From a virus: a stretch of 64,000 nucleotides of DNA. The stretch is from the IMG/VR virus record IMGVR_UViG_3300020452_000254, positions 11,635-75,634 of that record. One strand, given 5' to 3'. The notes beneath the pieces were generated by a model. The model made no database searches and had not been told where the DNA came from. It worked only from the letters and a program-made list of their open reading frames with translations. The translations under genes were made by a program, and so were the position numbers. Positions within the stretch are counted from its first letter, which is position 1; the number at the start of each line of letters is the position of its first letter. Shown piece by piece: positions 10,282 to 20,951 of this stretch.

Positions 10282-13200
10282 TTATGTACCTGTTGCCATT
10301 CCTAATGCAGTCCCAGTGTCTATCTGTACACTTGCTGGATGATTCAATATCATACTTCTACCTTTGTGTTCCTGTAAATCAGAAACACTTCTATTTGGAT
10401 ATAAGGTACTTATATCACTAAATTTAACACCTTCATATGGAGCTTCTATAAGTATTTTACCACCCTCATTTTCCATGAGTATATCATCTCCACCTTCTTG
10501 TATTATGTTCTCTTCTTTTATAAGGGTTTGAGAGAACCCTATTTTTGCAAGGTCACCTAGTGTTGGGCCAATTCTTTCGACTGGTTCACCAAATGATATT
10601 GCATTTTCTTGGATTATTCTAGTACCATCCTCGTATACCATTGTATCTTGGTCTTCGGTTTTAGTAAAATATGAACCCAAGTTAAATGACCTTTCAGTCA
10701 CAAATCTTTCATGTTCTTCTATATCTGTTGCAATTTCTAATGCAAGTCTACCACCAGTTTCTAGCATCAATTCTTCTGTTGGGTCTATTGCTCTTTTCTT
10801 ACCAAAGTATTGATGAGTACCAACAATAACTGAATTGTAATTTTCTGGTTCTGGTTCAAACATCAAGAATCCATTATCTATTTCTTCTATTAGATATGAA
10901 CCATCTTCTGTTATAATAAACTCTTCATCAACATTTGCAACTGAGTTAATTCTTTTTGCATCGGATGGAACATTGTGATTACTATTTCCTGTTGCAAGAT
11001 TATTAATTATAGAATCTCTACTTGCACTCTTAATTGTTTCACCCCAATCTAATCCACCTGTATATGCAATAGTAGTTGCATTTGCACTACCTCTTAGACC
11101 ATGTTGATTTACAACTTCATTAATATCTGGAACAACTGTTAATGTTTTACCAGACCTTGCAGTTGCAGTTGCAAAGGTTTGTAGTATTGTAATGTTCTTT
11201 CTTTGTTGTCTGTTTGCACCTATATAAAATTCATTTTTAGTAGCTGCATAAACACCACTTGGTCTAGATGGAACTGATACTGGAGAGTTGTGTCCTAAGT
11301 CAACTTCTACTATTCCATTAACTGGATTATGTAACTCTACAGATGTTGCAGTAAAGTGTGTTGTATTTCCTGCTTCGTTTGTAACTACACTTGTAGTAAA
11401 GTTTCCTACATTCGAACCAAATAAATCTGAACCTGTCCAGACAATAATAAATTTATTAACTGTATCGTGTTCCATAACACGACCTAATACATTATTATTT
11501 TTAATTGTTTGACCTATTGTAATTGCATTATTAAGTGTGGTATAATATATTCGATGATGTACATAATGTGGTAGTATCTCTAATTCTTTTACAACTTCAC
11601 TACCATGTGCTTGTACATTTGCACGAATAATTCTATCATACAATCCAACATCAGATTCGGTAATATCAGAACCAACTATAAACCCTTGACCAGAGCCTTG
11701 GTCTGTTTTAACATTATTATTTTCTACATTAGAAACATGTGCTTTCTTACTAGAAGTCTCACCAACTAAACCATGTACAAATGTTATACCTGTATCTGAC
11801 TGGTCTGATTTCCATTCTGTTCCTGTAATTAGAAATAAACCATCTGCATGACTATTACCTTCTACTATAAACCTTTTCATTGCAACATGGTCTGGTTGTA
11901 TTTGGTCTACAAGAATAAATGATGGGTCTGCAATTAGATTACCACTTCCATCTCTTTCTCTATCTACTACTCTACCTGTAATTGTTCCTATATCTCCAGA
12001 TGCAGTTTTAAATAATTGTTGTGATACTCTTTCACCTATAGTAAAGTCTCTTGCACCAGCTGGTGACATACTTCCTGTAGAAAGAGTTATTTTTAATCTA
12101 TCATCTGCAAGGAATCTTTCTGTAACCATTACACCAGAAGTATCTTCTAATATTATGTTTTCTTCGTTACCATAGAATACATCTTCATCTCCAGATGCAG
12201 TTGTTCCATCTTCTAGAACAACTTTTGCTGGGTCAATTTTTGAACCAATATAAAGTGTTGGTATAAATGACCTTGTAACTCTATCCCCATCAAATCCTTC
12301 TGTATTAGAACCACTTCTATATGTTTCTGCACTACCATCAATTAGGTTTGTAATTGCAACTTCACCAAAGAAGATTGTACCTGCTGGATTCAATAATTGT
12401 TTTACTACTGAACGATAATCATTAATTGTTCTTCCAACCTTAATAACATATGAATGTGTTTGATAGAATTTAGAGTCTTGTATTCTTTGTCCTGTTACTG
12501 ATGGGAAACCTACATCACTTGAATAGTTTCCATCTAATTTTGCAATAGAAGAATTCTTTGCAGCTGCAGTTGCTGGATTACCTTCCAGTAAATCAAATGT
12601 TACATTATCAGATGCAGTTATAGTTTCACCTTTTACAAACATACCAGTTGTTAAATCCATAGACACAATTTGTTTATCACTATCTACTTTTCTAATTGTA
12701 CCTGTTGCACCACTAGCACCACCTGTAACTGTTGTGTTTATTACTGGAGTTCCAGATGCTCTACCATAAATAAAATGGTTTTGATAATTTGGAATACCAG
12801 AAGATTTATCAAAATGATTTCCTTCTTCTATAACTCTAAGTTTTCCAATCTTTCCAATTGAATCACCATAAGGTAAAAGTTTTGCACCCTTACCTATTGT
12901 AAAACTATTTTGAACTACTGTACAAGTTGGATTTCCACCTTCTGGTAAAGTGGTCGACCCTGTTATTGTATCACCTACACTAAATGTTGTAGTATCGGTT
13001 GTAGTGTGTAGTTTACCTATGACAAGTTTTTTTACTTCTGTATCATGTTCAACCAGAATACCAGTCGTACTTCCAGATGTGACTGTTTCTCCTATTGTAA
13101 AATTAGGAGTTACTTTTTCAGAATAAAATACTTCACCGCCTGGATATGCTCTTGGGAGTGATGTAAATCCTACTCCACTTGTTGTAATTCTAATTCTTTC

Positions 13201-15135
13201 TATTGCACCTGTTGGGTTTGCACCAGACTGGTCAAATAATAATTTGTTTTCTCCAGTTGATTGTAATCCATCTTCTAAAATTAAAGTTGTTTCTTCTGGT
13301 TGTGCAAACACTTCGATGATAGTACCAGCATTACCAACATAGTTTGCATGTCCATTTTGTGCATAAGTTCCTGTAAACACAATAGACAATCCATTAAGAC
13401 CTACATTTGCAGTACCTCTAACTTCTTCAAAAACTGAGAAGTTAATATTACCACCTTGAGCAACTATGTTTTGAGATGCATTTGCCCTTTTAACTCTGAC
13501 CATCACTTTCTCTGGGTCATAAACTAATGGATTTCCATATCTGTCATTTCCAGAAAATGTAGTTTGTCCAGCAGTTGAAACAAATTCAAGTGAACCAAAT
13601 GTAGTTCCACTTTCTAAAAGTATGTCTCCAGATGTAGAAGTTATAACACCTTGTGCAAGTGTACCACCACTACCTCTATTATCAAATACTACTAAATCCC
13701 CATTACTATATCCACTACCTTTTTGTGATGGGTCTATTAAAACCTTTTCTATTTTAGCATCAGTTACTTCACCAACTAATGTTTTTGCTGATAGACCTAC
13801 TCCAAGTTCTGATTGAGGTAAATCAACTGTAACACCATCTGAAACTGTATATAACGAACCTTGAGATATTAGTTCACCTTTTACAGAACCACCAATTGCA
13901 GCTTCTGTGTTTATGGTATTTACTGTTTCTCTAACTAAGATTGGTGTCTTACCATGAACTTCGTTTGCACTGTTGTCTGATTGTGTTCCTGCTTCTAATA
14001 GTAATATATCTCCAACAGTTTCGTTTTCTAATTCAAATCCTTCTGTATCATCTGATTCTGTTGAAGCAAACCCTGTCCCATTCTCAAGACTGATAAGCAT
14101 GTTACTATCGGTATTATCAAGGTCTGATACTATACCTCTAATTGTTGCAATGTGAAATTTTAAACTGTCTTCTCTTGATTGTAATTCTACAGAGTCACCA
14201 ATATTTAAAGAACCAAGATAAGGCTCCATGATTGTAACTCTATAAACATTTTCTCCTTCTCCAGAACTTACTCTAACAATATTGTCTGCTTGTATTTCGG
14301 TGACTATGTTTTGTTCGTTATCTCGTTTAACTATTTTTCCTTTTTCGTATTCTAATAAGTTCTTTGTTGAATGTAAATGTAAAACTGTATACTCTAACCA
14401 TTTAGATTGAGATGGTGCAATCATATTATCTTTTGGATATGCAATATCTATATCTTCACCATAAAGAATTCTAAAAAGAAAATCATATGATGCCATACTA
14501 CCTTTTGCAAGGTAAATATTATTAATGTGTTTTGCAAGTAATCTTTTATCTGCAAGTATATTTGCATCAATCGTAGGCATGAAGTCTCTTCGGAAGTATT
14601 CCAAAAAGTCTCCTGTTGTCTTATCTACATCTGCATAGTCTAACAGATTGTTTGCAGCGAACAATGCACCACCCTCAAAGGAACTAACCTTTGCAGTGTA
14701 ATTACTGTTCTGACCAACGATTGTTTCATCTGGTAAAAATTGTGATTCGGTAAATACTTCGATGTATAATTTATTGGATGTATTTCCAATAACATCAATT
14801 CTTGCAGTTGCACCAGATGTTGAACCAACTACATATTCACCTATTTCCCAAGACCCTGTTTGGGTTTGGTCTGTGACTAAATTTGTTTCATATAAAAACT
14901 TTGCACTATCTAAAGGAGATGGAGAGAAGGTAGCAGTCTCTTGTAAAACTGAACCTTCTCCATCCTCTAAACCTATAGTGTCTAGGTCTATACCTTCTTT
15001 ATGAATAAGAATACCTTTCTCAAGAAAGTCGAAGTATGCAGACAAGAACTTTTTGAGTCCTTGTCCTTCCTCGTTGATATACTCTGGTAAGAGTTCGTCA
15101 ATTTGGTCTACTATTCTGTCATTGAGAATCGGCAT
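10282..15135 (-). CDS. gp7: Baseplate wedge initiator gp7-like
   Basis: Y.AKGS..SYDFLFRILYGEDI and QRIQDSKFYQTHSYVIK...VKQLLNPAG motifs. Lies between gp6 and gp8. Confidence 0.8.
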   Translation of the reverse strand: MPILNDRIVDQIDELLPEYINEEGQGLKKFLSAYFDFLEKGILIHKEGIDLDTIGLEDGEGSVLQETATFSPSPLDSAKFLYETNLVTDQTQTGSWEIGEYVVGSTSGATARIDVIGNTSNKLYIEVFTESQFLPDETIVGQNSNYTAKVSSFEGGALFAANNLLDYADVDKTTGDFLEYFRRDFMPTIDANILADKRLLAKHINNIYLAKGSMASYDFLFRILYGEDIDIAYPKDNMIAPSQSKWLEYTVLHLHSTKNLLEYEKGKIVKRDNEQNIVTEIQADNIVRVSSGEGENVYRVTIMEPYLGSLNIGDSVELQSREDSLKFHIATIRGIVSDLDNTDSNMLISLENGTGFASTESDDTEGFELENETVGDILLLEAGTQSDNSANEVHGKTPILVRETVNTINTEAAIGGSVKGELISQGSLYTVSDGVTVDLPQSELGVGLSAKTLVGEVTDAKIEKVLIDPSQKGSGYSNGDLVVFDNRGSGGTLAQGVITSTSGDILLESGTTFGSLEFVSTAGQTTFSGNDRYGNPLVYDPEKVMVRVKRANASQNIVAQGGNINFSVFEEVRGTANVGLNGLSIVFTGTYAQNGHANYVGNAGTIIEVFAQPEETTLILEDGLQSTGENKLLFDQSGANPTGAIERIRITTSGVGFTSLPRAYPGGEVFYSEKVTPNFTIGETVTSGSTTGILVEHDTEVKKLVIGKLHTTTDTTTFSVGDTITGSTTLPEGGNPTCTVVQNSFTIGKGAKLLPYGDSIGKIGKLRVIEEGNHFDKSSGIPNYQNHFIYGRASGTPVINTTVTGGASGATGTIRKVDSDKQIVSMDLTTGMFVKGETITASDNVTFDLLEGNPATAAAKNSSIAKLDGNYSSDVGFPSVTGQRIQDSKFYQTHSYVIKVGRTINDYRSVVKQLLNPAGTIFFGEVAITNLIDGSAETYRSGSNTEGFDGDRVTRSFIPTLYIGSKIDPAKVVLEDGTTASGDEDVFYGNEENIILEDTSGVMVTERFLADDRLKITLSTGSMSPAGARDFTIGERVSQQLFKTASGDIGTITGRVVDRERDGSGNLIADPSFILVDQIQPDHVAMKRFIVEGNSHADGLFLITGTEWKSDQSDTGITFVHGLVGETSSKKAHVSNVENNNVKTDQGSGQGFIVGSDITESDVGLYDRIIRANVQAHGSEVVKELEILPHYVHHRIYYTTLNNAITIGQTIKNNNVLGRVMEHDTVNKFIIVWTGSDLFGSNVGNFTTSVVTNEAGNTTHFTATSVELHNPVNGIVEVDLGHNSPVSVPSRPSGVYAATKNEFYIGANRQQRKNITILQTFATATARSGKTLTVVPDINEVVNQHGLRGSANATTIAYTGGLDWGETIKSASRDSIINNLATGNSNHNVPSDAKRINSVANVDEEFIITEDGSYLIEEIDNGFLMFEPEPENYNSVIVGTHQYFGKKRAIDPTEELMLETGGRLALEIATDIEEHERFVTERSFNLGSYFTKTEDQDTMVYEDGTRIIQENAISFGEPVERIGPTLGDLAKIGFSQTLIKEENIIQEGGDDILMENEGGKILIEAPYEGVKFSDISTLYPNRSVSDLQEHKGRSMILNHPASVQIDTGTALGMATGT

Positions 15136-15145
15136 TTAATTATCC

Positions 15146-15607
15146 TTAAGATACAGTGTACCCATTACCACCTATAACTGCCCATGCTGAACCAGTGTAT
15201 AATAATACAACTGAATCGCCTTGGTCGTCTAGTCTGGCTTTAGTACCACTACCAAGTAATGAACTTGGAGTAATATCTGCATTACCACCACTATCTGTTG
15301 CACAAACAAATATTTTAATTTGTCCTGTTGTACCAGCAGCAAGTGTCACACTAGTGTTTCCACTTGAGTGAGTAGTTAAGATGGTTGCCCATTTATCTAC
15401 TGCAGCTGCATGTGCAGAAGCAGTTAAACTAACTGTCTCCGCAGCTTGTCCAAACGCAACAAAGTCTGGAAGTGATTTTAAAACATTACTGACTGAAACC
15501 TTTTTGTTTACTGGAGTTCCAGAAGGGTCGTCAATAACATGAAGCAAGTCTTCACCTGCGATGCCTGTCCCTAAGTCGGACAATGCTGTTACTTTTTTAT
15601 CTGCCAT
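15146..15607 (-). CDS. Small virion/structural protein (hypothetical)
   Basis: [13 protein letters not shown]-terminus and [18 protein letters not shown]-terminus, typical of fibre-associated domains. RBS GAGGAA upstream. Confidence 0.6.
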   Translation of the reverse strand: MADKKVTALSDLGTGIAGEDLLHVIDDPSGTPVNKKVSVSNVLKSLPDFVAFGQAAETVSLTASAHAAAVDKWATILTTHSSGNTSVTLAAGTTGQIKIFVCATDSGGNADITPSSLLGSGTKARLDDQGDSVVLLYTGSAWAVIGGNGYTVS

Positions 15608-15642
15608 TTTAAGTTTCCTCTCTAATTTAGCATTAATTTAAA

Positions 15643-15657
15643 CCCACAACTTGTGGG
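15643..15657. terminator. Intergenic hairpin CCCACAA-C-TTGTGGG downstream of gp6
   Basis: Perfect 7-bp inverted repeat followed by TTT on the minus strand. Confidence 0.35.
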
Positions 15658-15690
15658 AATTCTACTTCATGCATACACATGAATCATAGT

Positions 15691-17562
15691 TTAGGAGTAA
15701 CTAGTTGAGGAAGTATATCCCACTCCAGCACTCGTATCACCAGAGGCAATGGTGTCTGTTGCACCAGTTACCTTTATCAATGATGTATTGATGTCTAGGA
15801 GATTTGACCTAAACCCAACAACATCATATGAACTTGGAATCAAAGTAAAATGTATTGTCCCATCTGTGTTAGATGTTTCTAATATAGTAATACCATTGAT
15901 TGTAATTTTTCCATTTGCATAGTCAACTGTTCCTGCTTGACTATCTGCATATACTCTTTCTGAACCAGCAAAAGAATATCTTCGTACATTTCCTTTACCA
16001 TCATCATCAAAGTAATATGTATCTGTATAACCAGATACTTTAAAACCTGTTGTACTTATAACTCCACCAGCCATTGCATTATGTCCTTCATGTGGATTAT
16101 ATAAACTATTACCACTACCAACTTCTACAGTATATCCTAATGACTGATTTAATGTTGGTGTGATTGTCTTTCTAAGTTTAACAGTTGTTATATTCGAAAG
16201 AATCGAAGATTCTGCACTGTCTATATCTGATGTTAGAACTGAGTGCCTAAAAATACTGTCAAACCCACTAAGGTAAGTGTTATCATGTGTAATGATAGCA
16301 GCTCTTACTAGTGTTTCTAATTCAGACACAGTTTTAGTTGTTGTACGAGGATTAAACTTAAAGTTTGATTCTACTATGACATCAATAATTGATGCATCAA
16401 TTAATTCTGGTCTGACTGTTAACATATTTAATGTTTTTAATTTATCCTTCAACAAAATCTTTTCAGAGGTCGTTAGTTTATTTACATTCTGAGAAGGTTT
16501 AATTGAAATAAATATTTTTCCATATTGTGGTGGGTTGTTATCTTCTCCACCCCAGACTGCAATTGAATCTGCGCCTGGATATAAAGTTTGTAGTTTAGAT
16601 TTATAATCTTCTACTGTAACTAATCTGTTTTGTGATGTATAGAATTTAGAAGCTGCAAATCTGATTGACTCAATACCTTCTTTGTCTTTACCACCAGAAG
16701 AATTATTTTTTGTTGTAATAGTAACATTAGTATTACCACCAATAGAATCAGTTAAACTAAATATTTTTGCATCCTCTGTATGTAATGGATTAGTTACTAA
16801 GTATGAGATTGTAATTGTATCTCCATCCAAAGGTTCTGCACTAATAATACCATCACCAAAATAAACTTCAAATTGTCCTAAATCATTTTCTTGTACATAC
16901 CAAACTTTACTATCTTTATTTACTGCACTAATATCTTTTGCTTGTGTCCATGCAGAACTTGAACCACCAGTAGATTGTATTGTAACTGTAATGGTTGAAG
17001 TGTCAACTAATTCTTCTGTTAATGCAAATCTTTGATTTTGTATTTGACCATTGTATGCAAATATATCAGAGTTCATTGTTCCTTGATATATTTCTAAATC
17101 TTCAAATTTAAATACACTTAATACTGGTGTTATTGTTTTTGTTTCTAATAACACATAGTTATAAATTGCACCATCATAATTTGTTTTAAATTTATGTCCT
17201 CTATTAAGAGTTAATGATGTTGGTGTGCTTCCACCAATCAAAGGATTGTTTACTTGTAAATCTATTTTTGCCATTGAAGCAGTTGCACTAGTAGGAGTAT
17301 ATCCAATTTCTTTTGCACGAGAAACTATATTCTTTCTTATTTGTGCAGTATCTAAGAATAACTCAGATGCAACCATGTTTGCATTAAATGCTGATACATG
17401 TGAACTGTATGCAAGTAGGTCTATTAATATATTAATATTACTACCTTCAAAGTTATAGTCTTTGAGAGTCGATTGACCCTTAAGATATTCTTTTAGATTA
17501 TTTCCAATTTTGTCAAAATCTAAATCTGTAATATTTACCTGTGAACTTTTTACTGTTGCCAT
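15691..17562 (-). CDS. gp6: Baseplate wedge subunit gp6
   Basis: LDFDKI..NLKEYLK.Q...DYNFEGS...LIDLLAY, ELFLDTAQIR, QNRLVTVEDY and WGGEDNNPPQYGKIFI motifs. Confidence 0.95.
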   Translation of the reverse strand: MATVKSSQVNITDLDFDKIGNNLKEYLKGQSTLKDYNFEGSNINILIDLLAYSSHVSAFNANMVASELFLDTAQIRKNIVSRAKEIGYTPTSATASMAKIDLQVNNPLIGGSTPTSLTLNRGHKFKTNYDGAIYNYVLLETKTITPVLSVFKFEDLEIYQGTMNSDIFAYNGQIQNQRFALTEELVDTSTITVTIQSTGGSSSAWTQAKDISAVNKDSKVWYVQENDLGQFEVYFGDGIISAEPLDGDTITISYLVTNPLHTEDAKIFSLTDSIGGNTNVTITTKNNSSGGKDKEGIESIRFAASKFYTSQNRLVTVEDYKSKLQTLYPGADSIAVWGGEDNNPPQYGKIFISIKPSQNVNKLTTSEKILLKDKLKTLNMLTVRPELIDASIIDVIVESNFKFNPRTTTKTVSELETLVRAAIITHDNTYLSGFDSIFRHSVLTSDIDSAESSILSNITTVKLRKTITPTLNQSLGYTVEVGSGNSLYNPHEGHNAMAGGVISTTGFKVSGYTDTYYFDDDGKGNVRRYSFAGSERVYADSQAGTVDYANGKITINGITILETSNTDGTIHFTLIPSSYDVVGFRSNLLDINTSLIKVTGATDTIASGDTSAGVGYTSSTSYS

Positions 17563-17972
17563 TATCTTATTCTCTCCAATATGACTTCTAACTCTTGTGG
17601 TTCTGCAATACCAACTACACCATAATGAACATTAACATGTAAAGCATTATGTCCTGTGGATGTTAAATAAATGTTTTCTACTGAAACTCTTGGTTCTAAC
17701 ATTTGTAAAGAATCTACTATCTGTCTTCTGATTTGTGTTTTTGTCATGTCATCTGCAAGTTCAAATAGGAGTCCCCTTAAATTAGCACCAAAGTTTGGTT
17801 TAAAAGGTCTCTCATAATTATTAGTTAACATTATATTTCTTACAGACCTTTTAACTGCTTCTTTATCAGTTTTTAAAATCAAATCACCAGAAGATGGATG
17901 AGGTGTAAGATTGAAGTCTACATCTGTATACCACTTTCTTGCAGTTAGTTTATTTTGATTTTGCATACTCAT
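17562..17972 (-). CDS. gp25: Baseplate wedge subunit gp25
   Basis: AVKRSVRNIMLTN..ERPFKPNFGANL..LLFE and EPRV motifs. Coupled to gp6. CATAAATA late-promoter variant at 17978-17985. Confidence 0.9.
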   Translation of the reverse strand: MSMQNQNKLTARKWYTDVDFNLTPHPSSGDLILKTDKEAVKRSVRNIMLTNNYERPFKPNFGANLRGLLFELADDMTKTQIRRQIVDSLQMLEPRVSVENIYLTSTGHNALHVNVHYGVVGIAEPQELEVILERIR

Positions 17973-17980
17973 AATAGTAT

Positions 17981-19171
17981 TTATGCATCAACTGTTAGTG
18001 CATTTGCAATATTAATTTCTTTTGGTACACCTATTGCTTCTAGGAACATACAAAAGTCAAATGGAATAGATATCGGAAGTTTGAAACCAATCTGTTCAAA
18101 GAACTCAGTAACTTTTTCCATCCACTCTTCAATTAACTTTTGTGGGAAGTCTCTAAAGTATGCTCTAATTTTATTAATTATTTTTTGAGTATCCCAATTA
18201 GGAAAATCTATTTTTTTATCTTCACTATCTAAATTAATTAAATCACCAACTGTAAGTCCTATTAAAGGTAATTGAATATTTAATAAATAATCTTTAAATG
18301 ATATACCTGTCTCTTCTTTTATTTCTTTCCATTTGTCTTTAATTGATTGCATAAAACCATCTACATCAAATGTTAATATATCTATTACTAAAGATGGAAT
18401 AAAATCTAAACCTAATGCATCCCATATTTCTTTAAATACTTTTATTAATTTTTCAAACCCATAATAAATAGAATTGGTCAACATATTTTTTATTTCACCA
18501 ATCATTTCTTTAAACATTTGAGTCATGGTTAAATCTGGTGAATCAACACCATCTGTTCCATCAAAGTTTTCTTTAGATAAATCTGGTAAGAAATCTTTTA
18601 ATTCTTCAAACCTATCTTGCATTTGTTTTATAAGTTCACCTTTATATTCTGGTTCTTTTACTAGTCTTACTACATCAACTTTAATACCAAATATTGGGTC
18701 GGTAAACTCTAAGTCAAATGGAATTAATTCTGAAAGTGCTTCTGCAATCTTAACTGCTGGAAATAATTTAAATTCTTCTATGAGTGCTTCTATTCTTCCT
18801 TCCCACTCTATTTCTTTTATATCTAAATCTGGATTCCATGTAAAGGATAAAGGGAATGCACCTAATACATCTTCTATTTGTTGTAATTCTTCCCAACCAT
18901 ATCTATTTCCTATTGCAAGAAATATTTGTTTTAAATCGTCTGCTGTTGGTACTACTACTTCTGGACAAGGAACTTTTGCTTTTGCAGTGACAACAACTTC
19001 TTCTATCATACCACCTTGTCCATCTGGCACCATTTTTATTTTATAATTATCAGCAAGAACATTACCTGCGTCATCGGTTAATGTCACAACTAAGGTATGT
19101 TGAGTATGTGGTTTTGGTACTGCAAAACCTACACCTTCTGGATACTCTGGGAGTTTACTTAAATCGGTCAT
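17981..19171 (-). CDS. Hypothetical tail-tip-region protein with amphipathic helices and a TonB-box-like motif
   Basis: 396-aa ORF between gp5 and gp25. IEEVVVTAK at residues 56-64. Confidence 0.6.
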   Translation of the reverse strand: MTDLSKLPEYPEGVGFAVPKPHTQHTLVVTLTDDAGNVLADNYKIKMVPDGQGGMIEEVVVTAKAKVPCPEVVVPTADDLKQIFLAIGNRYGWEELQQIEDVLGAFPLSFTWNPDLDIKEIEWEGRIEALIEEFKLFPAVKIAEALSELIPFDLEFTDPIFGIKVDVVRLVKEPEYKGELIKQMQDRFEELKDFLPDLSKENFDGTDGVDSPDLTMTQMFKEMIGEIKNMLTNSIYYGFEKLIKVFKEIWDALGLDFIPSLVIDILTFDVDGFMQSIKDKWKEIKEETGISFKDYLLNIQLPLIGLTVGDLINLDSEDKKIDFPNWDTQKIINKIRAYFRDFPQKLIEEWMEKVTEFFEQIGFKLPISIPFDFCMFLEAIGVPKEINIANALTVDA

Positions 19172-19173
19172 AA

Positions 19174-20307
19174 TTAATCGTATGCACTTCCATTAAGAGA
19201 TATTTTCCCTTTTATTATAATTGCTTTATCTGGGTCTGTTGTAGTTATATTAATATCTCCACCATGTGCAGTGAAATTAATATTACCACCATTATCTGCA
19301 CTACCTTTATAAGAATTAATATTATAATTACCATTAGAAAGTTCTATATCGGCACTACCAGCAATTAATACTTTTTTATCTTTTAATATTATTTCGTAAT
19401 TATTATTTGCAACTTTCATGGTCATATCACCATCTCGAAGAAATTCTATTCTACTACCACTTCGGTGATATAAATGCAACCTTTCTGCATTAGGAGTGTC
19501 ATCCATTTCTAATATATGTCCAGATTCAGATTCAATCATATGATTAAAAGGATACTGAGGAGAAATACTTTCACGAGTCGGTTCTTTAACAGATGTACCT
19601 TCATGTTTTTGTATAACATCATTTGGATAGGTTAAACTAGACCCAGTGATTGCATTTTCATTTATATCGGATTTAGGGTTACCCAAGTCCTCTGTTATTG
19701 GACTACCATAATCATCTTCTGTAGTTTTAATACCACCCATATAAGATTCTCTTGGGTAGGTTTCACCTTCTATATTATTGGTAAGAGTCGTCCCATTTCC
19801 ATCCATATATGCAGTAAGAAAAGGTCGTCCCAGAGGTGAGGTTTCTAGAGACCCTCTAAGAGTGAAATTACGACCAGTCTTAGGTTTGTCTACACTATCT
19901 GCATAATCACCTACTGTAGGTCTTCTAGGGTCGTTAAAACCATGTTCTGGTGACCTATCTTCTGCATTATCTGGATTATTCTGAACAATTTTCCATTTTC
20001 TAGTCGGTCTTCCAAATAATGACCCAATAACCACAAAATCTTGCATATCTTCCTCATCTCGGAAGAATCCCATGACTGTAGAACCTTCTACGAGTCCATG
20101 AGGTGATAATCCAAGTCCAGAAAGACTCGGAGCAGTGGTCGGCATAAGGACATCACTCCAAGGCAAGTCTGGAGATGCAATCATAGTTTTATCATCAGTA
20201 TGAAGTCCATAGATACGAACTCTCACACGACCCAAATATAATGGGTCATTTCGGTCTTCGATTACTCCTGTGAAGAAGTTATTTTTTAATCCTGTGAATG
20301 TAGGCAT
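19174..20307 (-). CDS. gp5: Baseplate hub/spike gp5 (OB fold plus short beta-helix, no lysozyme domain)
   Basis: FFTGVIEDRNDPLYLGRVRVRIYGLH, LPW and YPFNHMIESESGHILEMDDTPNAERLHLYHRSGS motifs. Likely start is MPTF at 20307. Confidence 0.9.
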   Translation of the reverse strand: MPTFTGLKNNFFTGVIEDRNDPLYLGRVRVRIYGLHTDDKTMIASPDLPWSDVLMPTTAPSLSGLGLSPHGLVEGSTVMGFFRDEEDMQDFVVIGSLFGRPTRKWKIVQNNPDNAEDRSPEHGFNDPRRPTVGDYADSVDKPKTGRNFTLRGSLETSPLGRPFLTAYMDGNGTTLTNNIEGETYPRESYMGGIKTTEDDYGSPITEDLGNPKSDINENAITGSSLTYPNDVIQKHEGTSVKEPTRESISPQYPFNHMIESESGHILEMDDTPNAERLHLYHRSGSRIEFLRDGDMTMKVANNNYEIILKDKKVLIAGSADIELSNGNYNINSYKGSADNGGNINFTAHGGDINITTTDPDKAIIIKGKISLNGSAYD

Positions 20308-20398
20308 CTCTTTTTCCTTTATTATAACCATCTTTCCATATAAAGTACACCATAGGTACTAAAATCAACATATGAAAGATTAATACTGTATATTCCAT
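20279..20398 (-). CDS. Small membrane protein (39 aa)
   Basis: MEYTVLIFHMLILVPMVYFIWKDGYNKGKRDAYIHRIKK. Its ATG overlaps the panD stop (TGATG). Confidence 0.55.
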   Translation of the reverse strand: MEYTVLIFHMLILVPMVYFIWKDGYNKGKRDAYIHRIKK

Positions 20399-20784
20399 CA
20401 ACTCAACCCCAAAAGTTCTCTATAAATTCGGTCTTTGGGGTCTATTATCTTAACTGTAGGAGTATGATGCAGTTTACCTGCTTGTAGTGTCTCCATGTTG
20501 TCATCAAGTTGTATATAAGAACAAATAATGAGTTCATCACCTACATTGGTCAAATGAGCACCAGCACCATTGACACTGACCTCATTTGAACCTCTAGGTA
20601 ATGGTAGGACATATGTAGTATGTCGGTTACCATTTGTTTTATTATATACATCGACCTGTTCATGAATAAGGAGTCCCACCTCATCAATCCAGTCTTCATC
20701 TATGAGAATACTACCCTCATAGTCTAAATCTACATCGGTGCAGATACAACCATGTATTTTACTATTTAAAAATGTTCTAATCAT
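20398..20784 (-). CDS. panD: Aspartate 1-decarboxylase (pyruvoyl proenzyme)
   Basis: MIRTFLNSKIH...DLDYEGSILID...NGNRHTTY...NGAGAH...GDELII. K9, H11, the G24-S25 cleavage site, R54, T57 and Y58 are in register with E. coli PanD when the start is taken at 20784. Confidence 0.95.
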   Translation of the reverse strand: MIRTFLNSKIHGCICTDVDLDYEGSILIDEDWIDEVGLLIHEQVDVYNKTNGNRHTTYVLPLPRGSNEVSVNGAGAHLTNVGDELIICSYIQLDDNMETLQAGKLHHTPTVKIIDPKDRIYRELLGLS

Positions 20785-20785
20785 A

Positions 20786-20950
20786 TTATTGTATCCAACA
20801 CACTGGGTAAACACACCAATAAGGATTAAATATCCCCATCATCCATAATATTAGGAGTCCCAGTGGTATTTTAACCCAAAGTTTATCTTTAGACCACTCT
20901 CTAAACCTTAGAGCATGTGGTACTAGTTTATTATATAACCAATTTGTCAT
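20786..20950 (-). CDS. Small membrane protein (54 aa)
   Basis: MTNWLYNKLVPHALRFREWSKDKLWVKIPLGLLILWMMGIFNPYWCVYPVCWIQ, tightly packed between its neighbours. Confidence 0.55.
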   Translation of the reverse strand: MTNWLYNKLVPHALRFREWSKDKLWVKIPLGLLILWMMGIFNPYWCVYPVCWIQ

Positions 20951-20951
20951 A

